From positions 6,075,520 to 6,139,519 of the forward strand of contig NC_057753.1 of assembly GCF_004010195.1 (NCBI RefSeq): a DNA stretch of 64,000 nt. Reading direction: 5' to 3'. This document shows positions 1 to 12,688 of the stretch, one piece after another. The notes beneath the pieces were generated by a model that was not told the DNA's origin, searched no databases, and worked only from the letters and a program-made list of their open reading frames with translations. The translations under genes and the position numbers were made by a program. The stretch comes from Chiloscyllium plagiosum. Lineage: Eukaryota. The number at the start of each line of letters is the position of its first letter. The stretch's first letter is position 1.

Positions 1-972
1 ACACACCGGATCATCAACGCCACACTCACAGGAATCCGATTCACGAGAGAAGAAGAAGAAAAGGATAACCAACTCCCATTCCTAGACGTGAGGGTACAGA
101 GAACACCAAACGGAGAATTCACCACAAAGGTACACAGGAAAGCCACACACACAGACTTAGTCCTGAACTATGAAAGCAACCACCCCAACACACAAAACGA
201 AGTTGCATCAAGACACTATTCAAAAGGGCCACAACACACTGCAGCACACCAGAACTGCAAAAAGAGGAAGAGGAACACCCATACAAGGTATTCGCCAAAA
301 ACGGATACCCCCGCAATTTCATCAACAAATGCCTAAGAGAAAGACAACGGGACGAGGACATGCCGCAACCCAAAGGACTAGCCACACTACCATACATCAG
401 GAGCATTTCAGAACTGACAGCCAGAATACTGCGACCACTAGGACTTATAACAGCACATGAACCAACAGCCATTCTCAGACAACAACTCACCAGAACGAAG
501 GACCCGATACCCAGCATGAGCAAAACTAATGTAGTGTACAAAATCCCATGCAAGGACTGCACAAAACACTATATAGGACAAACAGGAAGACAGCTAACGA
601 TCCGCATCCATGAACACCAACTAGCCACGAAACGACACGGCCAGCTATCCTTAGTAGCCACACACTCAGACGACAAGCAACATGAATTCGACTGGGACAA
701 CACTACCATTATAGGGCAAGCCAAACAAAGAACAGCCAGGGAATTCCTAGAAGCATGGCACTCATCCACAAACTCCATCAACAATATACCTGCCACTACA
801 GCGGACAGCTGAAACTGACAACCAGAAGCAGCAGGGACAGGCCACTGTAAATGCCGGAGGAAACACTACAGAAGCGCTTCACAGGAGGCTCCCAAGCACT
901 GAGGATGTCACCTAGACAGGGGACGAAACGTTTGCAACAAAAATTTCCAGCTCGGTGAACAGAACCACAACA
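1..972 (+). mobile_element. Penelope-like retroelement, 3' part (RT C-terminus, GIY-YIG endonuclease, pseudo-LTR), frameshifted
   Basis: ORF 360-812 has NVVYKIPCKDCTKHYIGQTGRQLTIRIHEH (GIY-YIG). Upstream frames give LPFLDV and TTKVHRKATHTD (Penelope RT end). A hammerhead motif follows. Confidence 0.93.
896..935 (+). ncRNA. Minimal hammerhead ribozyme motif in Penelope pseudo-LTR
   Basis: GCA-CTGAGGA-T-GTCaCCT(agac)AGGgGAC-GAAA-CG-TT-TGC. It has the CUGANGA and GAAA cores, stem I GCA/TGC, stem II and a GUU triplet. Confidence 0.75.
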
Positions 973-1039
973 GATCTCACATCTGACCTGGTTCGTTGAC
1001 ATGCACCAAATCCAATATGGCCTCCACTCGAGTCGACCT

Positions 1040-1600
1040 ACCTACATATTGAGTCAGGGATCCTTCCTGGACCACCTGACAAAGTCTGCTCCATCCAATC
1101 TATTTCCACTCAAGAGGTTCCAATCATTATTAGGAAGTTGAGGTCACCCACGACAGCAACCCTGTTACTTCTGCACCTTTCCAAAACCTGCCTCCCAATC
1201 TGTCCCTCTTTGCCTCGGTTGCTATTTGGAAGATCTTTAGAAAACTCCCAACAAAGTGACTGTTCCTTTTTGTTTCTGACTTCCACCCACAATGACTCAG
1301 CAGACAAACCCTCCCTGACCACCTCTCTTTCTGCAGCTGCTCTATTATCCATGATAAGCAATGGAATTCCCCCACCTCTTTTATCTCCCTCCCGAATCCT
1401 TTTGAAACACCTGAACGCTAGAACATCCAACAACCACTCTTACCTCTGTAATATGCAAGTCTCTGTAACGGCCACAACATCATAGCTCTAAGAACTAATC
1501 CATGTTCTAAGTTAACCACCCTTATTCCTGACATTTCTTGCCTTAAAATAGACAGACTTCAACCCATCACACTGACTGCAACTCTTTATTTTTTGTCACA
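1040..1600 (-). mobile_element. CR1 LINE fragment (apurinic-type endonuclease region)
   Basis: Minus ORF 1110-1433 has RGGGIPLLI, ESLWVEVRNKK and VAVVGDLNF, which are CR1 APE motifs. Confidence 0.85.
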
Positions 1601-1611
1601 GACTCCCTCAC

Positions 1612-2757
1612 AGATATAGCCAGTAATGCGTCTGAGACAATTATATATACTGAATATAACCCATCAAAATTTTTGGAGAAAATTAAGGACAAAAATTCCT
1701 GTCTGTTTAGATAGAGCTTATTATGGCAATCATTCAATTTGAAAATTATGGAAGTGGCAGAACGATAAAGCACAACTGCTGTCTCATTGTTGAGACATGG
1801 ATAAAAAACAGACTGAGGTGTTTGGTGGCAGGAGTAAACAATAGACAATAGGTGCAGGAGTAGGCCATTCTGCCCTTCAAGCCTGCACCACCGTTCAAAA
1901 TGATCATGGCTGATCATCCTTAATCAGTATCCTTCCACTGTCCTCTGGGGCAGAGCATTCCACACAGCCACCACTCTCTGGGTGAAGAAGTTTCTCCTCA
2001 TCTCTGTCCTAAATGGTCTACCCCGTATTTTTAAGCTGTGTCCTCTGGTTCGGCACTCACCCATCAGCGGAAACATGTTTGCATGCTTTGAGTAAATGTA
2101 ATATATGTGTGTTGTCATGGGATAAGAGTAAGACTAAGAAATTTAAATGGAGCTATCTTTGTACATTGATGGTATATTTTTTAAAGGGGGGGGGGGGGGG
2201 GGAGGAGGGGAAGTGTGATGATGCTGTCACTTTTACAAGATTATTGTGCCATTTCTTTTTGATGAGCGGTCATGAAGGCTGAGTGTCTAGTTAAAAATGG
2301 AAGGGGATTCTCACAGTTCAGGTATTTTCTCATGTGTTTTAGCTAATGAGATGTGAGAATCTGAAGAGTTGCAAGCTTCAGTAAAGAATTCCCTTGACTT
2401 TCTTCTGAAATTTCTGTCTGGAAGTTGTCACACCTTATCTGTAAAAGACTGCTTGAATGTACTATTTTGCCAAAGGGTGTGTTTATGGGATGTTACTGTA
2501 TTGGAGCAGTTAATTAGCAATAGTTACTGTTCTGGGTTGGTGAAGTTTTTCAGTGGTTAAAGTATTCGAAATTTCACTTTATTTTGTTTATGTTTCAATT
2601 TGCTTAAATGAATGGTTTTTACGTCAAGCCAAGTGGTTGACCAGATGCATCATACATGGAACACTCACTTCACATTTGCCTTTAAAATGAGAAAAAAAGT
2701 TAGGGACTAGGCTAATATCTTAAAATATTTTGAGGGGGTCATGCCTCATCCATAGCA
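1612..2757 (+). mobile_element. Gypsy (Gmr1-type) 3' end: RNase H relic, polypurine tract and 3' LTR (LTR ~2214-2757), interrupted by a CR1 tail
   Basis: 1612-1800 translates as TIIYTEYNPSKFLEKIKDKNSCLFR*SLLWQSFNLKI, resembling the Gypsy RNase H end (YTDHNPL...RLFRWSL.LQ.F). A purine run at 2183-2213 directly precedes TGTGATG...CATAGCA (TG...CA). Confidence 0.7.
1838..2078 (-). mobile_element. CR1 LINE 3' fragment
   Basis: Minus ORF TRGHSLKIRGRPFRTEMRRNFFTQRVVAVWNALP is the CR1 ORF2 C-terminus; a 3' UTR follows. Confidence 0.9.
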
Positions 2758-2819
2758 TGCATCATCAGAAAATTCCATCAATTTAACTCTAGCTCGAAGT
2801 TAATGCCAGTTATTGAATT

Positions 2820-3600
2820 CTTGAACTGGAAAGAGTGAAGAGGAAATTTATGAGGATTTTGTCAGGATTCAACGGTTTGAATTATATAGAAACTCTGGAC
2901 AAGAGAGGACCTTTTTCTTTGGAGCAGCGGAATCTGAGGGGAGTCTTATAGAAATGTATAAGATCATGACAGACGTGGATCGGGCAAATGCACTCTGTCT
3001 TTTTCCCAGGGTTGAGGAATTAAGATCCCGAGGGCATCAGTTTAAGGTTAGAGCGGAAGGAATAAAAGGGAGCCCGAGGTGCAACTTTTTTTTTAACATA
3101 GAGGGTGGTACACATATGAAATGAACTGCCAGCGCAAGTGGTCAAGATGGGTACATTAATGACATTTAAGGCATTTGGACCAATACACAGATAAGAAAGG
3201 TTGAGAAGGATATGGGTCATTTGCAAGGAAATGGGGTTAGTGTGGATGAACATTTTGGTCCTGGATATGGAGGGACATTCTTATGAAGACAGGCACAATG
3301 AGTTGGGGAGTAATTAATGGACTTTAGAAGAATGAGATGCAACCTTATGGAATCATACAAGACATTAGAAGGCTTGACAGAAGAGATGTTAAGAGGTGAT
3401 TTCTGATTGATGTAAAGTCTAGTATAAAAAATTAATGGGTCGTTCAATTAAGATGTTGATGATGGGGCATTTCTTCTTTTAGAGGATAGTTTATTTATGG
3501 AAATATTTATTTAAGTCACATGTAGAGGTTGAGTCCTTATTCAGAGCTACGATGGACAGATTATTAACCTGCTAGTGAATCATGTGTAATTGAGTGGGGT
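2820..3600 (+). mobile_element. Two degraded CR1 3' fragments in tandem
   Basis: Recognisable CR1 ORF2 end sequences (cttatagaaatgtataagatcatg; gggcatcagtttaaggtta; atgaactgccag). Confidence 0.75.
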
Positions 3601-3611
3601 GGGGACAAGAT

Positions 3612-4265
3612 GGAGTCAAAAAGTGTGGTGCTGGAAAAACACAGTCAGTCAGGCAGCATCGGAGGAGCAGGAGAGTAAAAATTCCGAGCATAAGCTCTTC
3701 ATCAGGAATGTGAGTGGGAGTGGGCAAGGGGGCTGAGACATAAATAGGAGGGGGTAGGGCTGGGGGGGAAGTTAGCTAGGAATGTGATAGGTGGATGAAG
3801 GTGGGGGTTGCTGGTGAAAGGTCGGAGTGGAGCAGATAGGTGGGAAGGAAGATGGACAAGTAGGACAGTGCCAAATTGAAGGGATGGATCTGGGATAACG
3901 TGGGGTGAAGGGAGATGAAGGAACTGGTGAAATCGATATTGATTGCTTGTGGTTGGAGGATCCCAAGGCAGAACATGAGGTGCTCTTCCTTCAGTCATCA
4001 GGTGGGTAGGATTTAGCAGTGGAGGAGACACAGGACTTGCATGTCCTTGACGGAGTGGGAGAGGGAATTGAAGTGATCGGCCATAGTCCATTGGGGTTGT
4101 TTCCTGAGTGTGCCCCAGAGATGTTCTCTTAAACATTCTGCAAGTTGGCATGCTGTCTCCCAAATGTAGAGGTGATACTTTGACAGCAACGGACAGAATA
4201 CATCCAACACTTCATCTATTATGTCCATTAGTCTCATGTAGTCTACTCTACATTGGGGAGACAGG
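3612..4265 (-). mobile_element. Penelope-like element 3' fragment (GIY-YIG end and pseudo-LTR with decayed hammerhead)
   Basis: Minus frame YIWETACQLAECLREHL...ADHFNSLSHS; homologous to 32460-33100. The hammerhead has CTGATGA-A-GAGC(ttat)GCTC but GGAA in place of GAAA. Confidence 0.85.
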
Positions 4266-4367
4266 GGACTTTTAAGTTAACCCCTATGCTGTCACTGTCA
4301 CAGTAGTGATAGATGGATCATTTTAAGGGCTGCTTTACTTTCATTTGCAACTGGGTAGAGGATTTTT

Positions 4368-5272
4368 TTTTAGTAAGTTTGTAGATGACACCAAAATTGT
4401 TTTGTGTAGTGGACAATGAAGAAGGTTATCTCACAGTATAATGGGACCTTGATCATGTGAACCAATGGGCTGAGGAGTGACACTTGGAGTTTAATTAGAT
4501 AAAGGTGAGGTTTTGCAGTTTGGGAAGGCAAACCAGGGCAGGATTTGCAGAGTTTGTATTAAAGCCCTGGTGAGTAATGCTGAGCAGAAACCTGGGCATG
4601 TGGGTGCATGGTTCCTTGAAAGCACAGTTTTTGCGAGTCAGGGCATTGAAGAAGGAGGTGGCATGCTTGCCTTCATTGCTCAGTGCATTGAGTATAGGAG
4701 TTGGAACGTCATGTTGTGGCTGTACAGAACAGTGGTGGGGCCATGTTTGGAATCGGTGTTCAATTCTGATCTCCATGCTATAGGAAAGATGTTGAACTTT
4801 GCATTCAGAATTTTTTTTTTTTAAACAAGGACGTAACCATGTTTGAGCTGCAGGGAGAGGCTGAATAGGCTGAGGTTATATCCTCGGTGAGTCAGAAGCT
4901 GAGGGGTGACTTTGAAGGGATGTATAAAATCATGAGGGGCATGGATAGGGTGTGTAGTCAAGGTCTTTTTCGCAGAGCAGAGGAGTACAAACTTGAAAGA
5001 GTAGGTTTAAGGTGAGAAGGGAATGATTTAAAAGGGAGCCGAGAAGCAACTGGTGGTGCTGTACGGAATGTGCTGACAGAGCAGGTGACAGATACAGGCA
5101 CAATTATAACATTTAAAAAGCATCTAGATGTGTACATGAACAGGAAACTTTAAGAGGGATATGGGCCAAATGCTGGCAAATAGAACTACATCAGCTTAGG
5201 ATACTTGGTTGGCAGAAACAAATTGCACCGAAGGGTCTGTTTCAATACTGTGTAACTGCATGATTCTATGAC
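4368..5272 (+). mobile_element. CR1 LINE 3' fragment (RT end and 3' UTR)
   Basis: agtaagtttgtagatgacacc (SKF.DDTK), IEYRSWNVMLWLYRTVV, and the atgattctatgact tail. Confidence 0.88.
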
Positions 5273-5379
5273 TCGCCTCAATTTAGGGGCTGTCGTATTC
5301 CTCTTTAAATCTACAACCATCACTTTCTCAATAAACAAACCTAGACCTCACAGCTTTTGCAAATAACTGTTTTGTGTCC

Positions 5380-5850
5380 AACCTCCCTCTCCCTTCCAAT
5401 GTCCAACATCATGTCACATATCTTTCCAAAAACTCCAGATTTGTAAACCTCCCATCAAATTTATGCCATTTTATCAAAGCCACAAATAACATCCTGTGTG
5501 ACTGTGACTTACATACACTGTCTCTTTTCAAGCTTTGCAGCCTTGGATAAGGTTGAGCACATCATTCTGCTCCACTACTTCTCCACTGTCACATAGCTGG
5601 GGGTAGAGGACTACACTCTCCTGTTTCCATTCTTCTCCAGCCCATAAGAACCAGGTCCCATTGGCAACATCTACCCCTCACATTCCCACTGTTACTTTTG
5701 GTGTTGCAAAAGAACCCAGTCTTGGCCTCCTCTTATTTCTTATCAACATTTTCTTACAATGACATTATTTGAAAATAATGTATGTTGTCACATGCCACTG
5801 AAAGCTCCTAGCTCTATATCATCACTACTTCTTCACAACTCTGTACTATT
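5380..5850 (+). mobile_element. Old L2-like LINE RT relic
   Basis: Degenerate DLSAAFDTVDH-like and GVPQGSVLGPLLF-like coding remnants (ctttgcagccttggataaggttgagcac; ggtgttgcaaaagaacccagtcttggcctcctctta). Confidence 0.5.
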
Positions 5851-7159
5851 ATTGAATGGTGGTGTTCTCTGATACTTCTACACATCCCCTGCTGGATATG
5901 TACTGAAAAGGTTGAAGACAATATTTTAATTCACTCCTGGCTCTGTCACTTTCCTTGGCAAGTGTCCAAAACTGAGCTAGACTTTTTGCAGACTTCGTGT
6001 CATGGTTCAACTTGAGATACATTTCTGACTCGGCTATGGGTCTCCAAACTAGTTTCCAGTCACACACTCCAGATTGTATCCCTGCCAATCTTAACGGTGG
6101 TGACCCAGGCTGAGGACTAAAGAACTCTTGGTAATTACATCCTCCGTCTTCAAAAACCTCACACGGGTAGGGGGTTGTGGCAGGGCTTGGGAGGTTACTT
6201 AATGGTCTGTCACTCTGTTGATGTCCCTCTATCTCCAGTATTCAGTGATTGACTGGACACCCTCAGCTACAGCGGTGAATGTTGAAAACAGTGTACCCAA
6301 AAAGCTGAATCTATGATTCCAGCCCAGTCTTTCAAGATCTTGGCTACATTCTCTCCCAATTAAAGATCTGAACAAAGCAAGAGTTGTTAGTCCTCACAGT
6401 CTTGATAAAGTCTATGCTGAACAGATTTCAGCTGTTGAGTATCCTTGTTGATGTTTCCCATGTTACCTGACCATCACACTCTCACTCCAATTCATTGATC
6501 ACCTCATGCAAGGTCATGTCCAAGCGTGTACCTTAAAAGCAATCGTGAACAATAAAATATAAGAGTTACTTTTTAAACAGTGGAAGAACAACTTTCAGGG
6601 AAACATCAAGGGGTGTAACTAATATTCAGTCAAAGCAACAGCTGTACATGTGAAACACAGAAAAGATCACTTTTAATAGATCATAAGATGATAATTCATC
6701 AGTGAGCAATGATAATTGGTGACTTTGGATTGAACCTAAGCACAATCACAGGTTTCGAACAATTACAAGATAAAAAAAAATACAGCTTTAACTTGAAAAA
6801 AAACATAAATGATAAAACAAAAATCACACACACACACACACAAATGATTGCCAGCTGGGGAGGAGTACAATTTTGATTTTACGTCGTAAAACAGTACACA
6901 TATTAAAATACACCTTTCATTTATTTTGTTATTAATGTCAAATGATTGCAAAAGAATCACCATTTCCACCATTTGGAGAGCAGAAATTTGGGTCATTAGT
7001 TCAGAGCTGCCTCCTCCTCGGGTCTTTTCTCACAAGCTGTGACTGTCTGATTTACACTGAAAGACTCAGTCAGTCAGCAATCAGATTTCACTGTGCTATG
7101 ATAAAAGCTATGTCTATCTGAGCTACATTCACACACACTCACTCATTCAGATATGGAAG

Positions 7160-10100
7160 GGGATGGCCTAGTGCTATTATCACTAAACTATTCATCCAGG
7201 ACACCCAGATAATGTTCTGGAGACTCACGTTTGAATGCCACCACAGCCAATGTTGGAATTTGAACACAATAAAATAAAACTGAAATTAGGTGTCTAATGA
7301 TGACCATGAATCCACTGTTGATTGTCAGGAAAAAAAAACCCATCTGCTTCACTAATGTCCGTCAGGAAAGGAAGTCTGTCATCCTTACCTGGTCTGGCTT
7401 ACACATGAGTCTACACCCACAGCAACATGGCTTACTCGCAATTGCCCTATGAAATAGCTTAGCAAGCCATTCAGTTGTTCCAACCACTACACGGTCTCAC
7501 AGAAATGAAACTGGACAGACCACCTGGCATCGACCTGGGCACCGGAAAAGACAATGGTGGAAGAAGCTGCCAATCTTGCAAAGTCCTCGTCACTAACTTC
7601 TGGGGCTAGTGCCAAAACTGTGGGTGAGCTATCTCACAGACTAGTCAAGCAACAGCCTGATGTAATCATACTTACGGAACCATACCTTACTATGTCCCAG
7701 ACACCACCCCATGATATGTCCTGTCAAACTGGCAGGACAGACCCAACAGAGTGATGTACAGATGGGACAGAGTTGCTCTGGGAATCATCAACATTGACAC
7801 TGGACCCCATGAAGTCACATGGCTTCAGGTTAAACATGGGCAAGGAACCCGCCTGCTGATTACCATGTACTGCTCTCCCTCAACTGATGAATCAATACTA
7901 CTCCATGTTGAACACTCAGAGGAAGAATTGATAAAGGCAAGGGCACAAAATGTACTCTGTGTGAGAAATTTCAACTTCCACCACCAAGAGTGGCTCAGCA
8001 GCAGTACTACTGATTGGGCTGGTCAGGTCCCAAGGGACATAGCTGCTAGACTGGTTCTGTGGTGAAGGAACCAACAAGAGGGAAAAGCATACATGACTTC
8101 ACCCTTACCACTCTGCAGCTGCAGATGTAACTGTCCACAATAGTATCGATAACAACAACCATCACACAGTCCTTGTGAGACAAAAACCCACCTCCAAGCT
8201 GAGAATAATCTCCATCATGTTGTATGGCACTATCACTGTGCTAATTGGGACAGACTTTGTACAGATTGAGCAGCTTAAGACTGGACATCCATGAGGCACT
8301 GTTGACCATCAACAACAGAGCACAATCTGTAATGTCAAGTCTCCCACTCAAGCCATGGATTCCACCCTGGTTCAATGGAGAGTGCAGGAAGAGGTGTCAA
8401 TCTGGTGAAGTCACCAAACAGAAATACTGCATGCCAAATAAAGCAGCAAGTGATAGAAAGAGCTAAGCAATCCCACAACCAAAGCAACAGATCTAAGCTC
8501 TACAGTCCTGCCACATCCAGTCATGAATGGTGGTGGACGATTAAACAACTCAGTGGAGGAGAAGGCTCCACACGTAACTTCATCCTCAGTGATGGATAAG
8601 CCCATTGCATCAGTGCAAAAGATAAGGTTGAAGCTTTTGCAGCAATCTTCAGCTGGAAGTGCCGAGTGGATGATCCATCTCGGCCTCCTCCAGTGTTCCT
8701 GAGCATTACAGATACCAGTCTTTAGCCAATTTGATTCACTCCACATGATAGCAAGAAACAGTCGTAGGCACTGGATACTGCAAAGGCTATGGGCCAAGAT
8801 AGCATTCCAGCAATAGCACTGAAGACTTGTGCTGTAGAACTTGCTGCATCCCTCGCCAAGCTGTTCCAGCACAGTTACATCTACCTGACAATGTGAAACA
8901 TTACCCAAATGTGTCCTGTACATAAAATGCAGGACAAATCCAGCTTGGCCAACTCCCATCCCATCAGTCTACTCTTGACCATCAATACAGTGATGGAAGG
9001 TGTCATCAACATTGCTATCAAGAAGAACCTGCTCAGTGACACTGCCAGGGCCACTCAGCCCCTGACCTCATTTCAGCAATGGTTCAAACATGGTTAGAAG
9101 AGCAGACTTCCAGAGGTGAGGTGACAATGACAGCCCTTGCCATCAAGGAGCTCTAGCGAAACTGGAACCGATGGGTATCAGAGGGCAAACTTTCCAGTGT
9201 TTCGAGTCATACCTGACATGTAAGAATATGGTTGTGTGGTTGTTGGAGGTCAGTCATCACAGTTCCGGACATCTGTACAAGAGTTCCTCAGGGTCGAGTC
9301 CTAGGCCCAACCACCTTCAGTTGCTTCATCAATGACCTTCCCTCTGTCATAAAGTCAGAAGTGGGGATGTTCGCCCATGGGTGCACCATGTTCAGTACCA
9401 TTCGCAACTCTTCAGACAGTGAAACAGTCTGTGTATAAACCCAACAAGATCTGGACAATATCCTGGCTTGGGCAGACAACTGGCAAGTAACATTCGTGCC
9501 ACACAAATGCCAGGCTATGACCATCACCAACAAGAGACAATCTAACCACTTACACTGGATATTCAATGGTGTTACCATCACTGAATCGCCCACTAGCAAC
9601 ATTCTGGGAGTTATCACTAATCAGAAACTCAACTGCACTCAATACATAAACACAGTAGCTACAAGAGCAGGTGAGAGGCTAGGAATACCTTGTGACTCCC
9701 CAAATTCAGCTCACTATCAACAAGGCACAAGTCAGGAGTGTGATGGAATACTCCCCTCTTGCCTGGATGAGTGGAGCCCCAACAACACTCAACAAGCTTG
9801 ACACCATGCAGAACAAAGCACTCTGCTTGATTGGCACTGCATCCACAAGCATTCACTCTGTCCACCACTGACACTCAGTAGCAGCAGTGTGTACTATTTA
9901 CAAGATGCACTGCAGAAATTCACAAAACATCCTCAGACAGCATTTTCCAAAGTAATGACCACTTCCATCTAGCAGGACAAAGGCAGCAGATATAAAAGAA
10001 CACAACCATCCTCAAGTTCCCCTCCAAGCCAGTCACTGTCCGGACTTGGAAATATATTGCTTAATCCTTCACTGTCACTCGGTCAAAATCCTAAAATTCC

Positions 10101-10255
10101 CTCTGTAATGGCATTTGTGGGTCAACCCACAGCAGGTGGACTGCAGCGATTCAAGAAGGCAGCTCCCCACAAAGTTCTCAAAGGCAACTAGGGACAGGCA
10201 ATAAATTCTGGCTAGCCAGCAATGCCCATATCCCACAAAAGGAATAATTTTTTTA
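7160..10255 (+). mobile_element. Near full-length ~3.1 kb single-ORF LINE (APE + RT, CR1/L2 group) with tRNA-like 5' head; decayed
   Basis: Head has A-box-like TGGCCTAGTGCT and B-box-like GTTTGAATGCC. APE: GELSHRLVKQQPDVIILTE and NFNFHHQEWL. RT: VPQGRVLGPTTFSCFINDLPS...MFAHGCT. Tail ggcaataaattctggctagccagcaatgcccatatcccac then A/T-rich end. Confidence 0.85.
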
Positions 10256-10509
10256 AAAACTCAGTCATTCATTGGGTCTTACTGAAGAACTACTTAAATT
10301 TATAGAGATTTTCACATAACGTGTTCCAAGCAGTTTCATAGATTACTAAGGACATAGTTGTTCAGAAGACCAAAATCTTGTCCAAAAAGATGGATTAAAA
10401 TAATGTAGGAAAGGAGGAAAGTGAAGTGGAAAAGTGGAGAGGTTCAAACAGGAAATATCAGACCTTAGGGTCCAGGCAGCTAAAGGCACTGTCAATTTTG
10501 ATTTTATCC

Positions 10510-11570
10510 ATTAATGATATAGATGCAGGAACAGAGGAAATTCTGGCTAAGTTTGCAGATGATACATAGATAGGTAGAGGGACAGATAGTACTGAGGAGG
10601 CAAGGAAGCTGCAGAAGGATGTGTACTAGTTAGGACAGTGGGCAAACAACTGGCAGATGGAGTACAATGTGGCAAAGTATGAGGTAATGCACTTTGATAG
10701 GAAGAATAGAGGCATGGACTATTTTCTAAATGGGAAGAAAATTCAGAAACTTGAATCACAAAAAGACTTGGGAGTTCTAATCCAGCATTCTCTCAAGATA
10801 AACTCACAGGTTGAGTCAGTAGTTAGGAAGACAAATGCAACGTTGGCATTTATTTTGAGAGGACCTGAATATGAAAGCAGGGAGGCTCTCTAAGGATTTG
10901 GTCAGACCACATTTAGAATGCTATGTGCAGTTTTGAGCCCCATACCTCAGGAAGGATGCACTGGCCCTGGCATGAGTTCAGAGGATTCGACAAGAATGGT
11001 CCCAGGCATGAAAAACTGTACATATGATGAACATTTGAGGACACAGGGTGCATACTCAATGGAGTTCAGAAGGATGAGGGGGGGAATCTAACTGAAACTT
11101 ACAAAATACTGAATGGTCTTGACAGAGTGGAAGTTGGGAAGATGTTTCCATTGGTAGGAGAGACTAGGACCCAAGGGCACAATGTTAGAGTCAAAAAAAG
11201 GCCTTTTAGAATGGAGATGAGCAGAAACATTGTCAAAAAGAGAGAGTGGTGAATCTATAGAATTCATTGCCACAACAGCCTGTGGAGGCCAGGTCATTGA
11301 GTATATTTAAGATGGAAATAGATAGGTCTCGATTGTCAAGGGGATTAAGATTACAGGGAGAAAGAGGAAAAATGGGGTTGAGATATGTACCAAGTACAGG
11401 GAAAGTGGGCTTGCATGGATGGACATTTTGGTCGGCATGGCCCAGTTTGGGCGAAAGGGCCTGTATCCATGCCGAAGGACTCTATGAGAAACATATCAGT
11501 CATGATTGAATTGCGAAGCAGACTTGATGGGCTGAATGGCCTAATTTCTGCTCCTACACCTTATGATTGT
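10510..11570 (+). mobile_element. CR1 LINE 3' fragment with a nested short CR1-tail piece
   Basis: aagtttgcagatgataca (KFADDT), WQMEYNVAKYEVMHF and QKDLGVLI. Confidence 0.88.
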
Positions 11571-12146
11571 GAATGAAAGGCATCCGGTAATTATGCTCTA
11601 CCTATGTGGCTCTGATATCCCAGGTTCAGGATCAATTCTGAACATCAGGCTGCAGTTTGCTGTCCTGGTTCCAGAGGAATACAATTCTATAAATAAACAT
11701 CTTGGCATATCTCTATTTATTGATATCGTAAAATGTGAGGACCAGTTGATTCCTTTGTAAACATGGAGATTGACTTGTACACAATATCCACCATGATTCA
11801 ATGATACAATAAGAACATGCTTTGATATTTAAGAAAGGAGAAATCAGGAACTTTGGTTCCTCTTCACTGCACAGCTGTACCTGAACAGGCTGTCTTTTAC
11901 CCTGGTTCTTATTGAATGAACATTTTCCTCTGGCCAGTCACAGCCTATTTGAGTGATTCTCATCTCACTGATCCACATATGGTCTGTGTATTCATTGTTC
12001 TTGTTTTCCTCGAATCTCAAGACCGCTACGCCCTGTTGTCATTTAACTCACACATGTCCCTGTAAACGCTTTCACAACATTTTACATATTTGTTAGTTTT
12101 TAGCTGCAATAAGCTCCCAGGGTGCTTCTACCTTAGTACCTTTTCT

Positions 12147-12628
12147 AGTTTGTTGTGGTTCTGTTTGCCGAGCTGGGAATTTGTGTTGCAGACGTTTCGT
12201 CCCCTGTCTAGGTGACATCCTCAGTGCTTGGGAGCCTGCTGTGAAGCGCTTCTGTGATCTTTCCTCCGGCATTTATAGTGGTTTGTCTCTGCCGCTTGCG
12301 GTTGTCAGTTCCAGCTGTCCGCTGCAGTGGCCGGTATATTGGGTCCAGGTCGATGTGCTTATTGATTGAATCTGTGGATGAGTGCCATGCCTCTAGGAAT
12401 TCCCTGGCTGTTCTCTGTTTGGCTTGTCCTATAATAGTAGTGTTGTCCCAGTCGAACTCATGTTGCTTGTCATCTGAGTGTGTGGCTACTAAGGATAGCT
12501 GGTCGTGTCGTTTCGTGGCTAGTTGGTGTTCATGGATGCGGACTGTTAGCTGTCTTCCTGTTTGTCCTATATAGTGTTTTGTGCAGTCCTTGCATGGGAT
12601 GTTGTACACTACATTGGTTTTGCTCATG
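12147..12628 (-). mobile_element. Penelope-like 3' fragment (GIY-YIG and pseudo-LTR), same family as 1-972
   Basis: ORF 12208-12627 is nearly identical to ORF 360-812. Confidence 0.93.
12188..12227 (-). ncRNA. Minimal hammerhead ribozyme motif, intact core, GUC triplet
   Basis: Reverse complement reads GCA-CTGAGGA-T-GTCACCTAGACAGGGGAC-GAAA-CG-TC-TGC. Confidence 0.8.
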
Positions 12629-12629
12629 T

Positions 12630-12635
12630 TTTATT
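12630..12635 (-). terminator. Candidate polyadenylation signal of the ZNF gene
   Basis: AATAAA on the minus strand about 55 nt after the TAG stop. Confidence 0.5.
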
Positions 12636-12688
12636 TCAGAAATATTCTGAATCCAAAGTAGAAAGGTGAATTCCTAATTATTCAAACC

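Noticed and set aside
5900..6540. Possible minus-strand pseudogene or LINE ORF1 relic
   Set aside because: Fragmented frames with no motif I can name with confidence.
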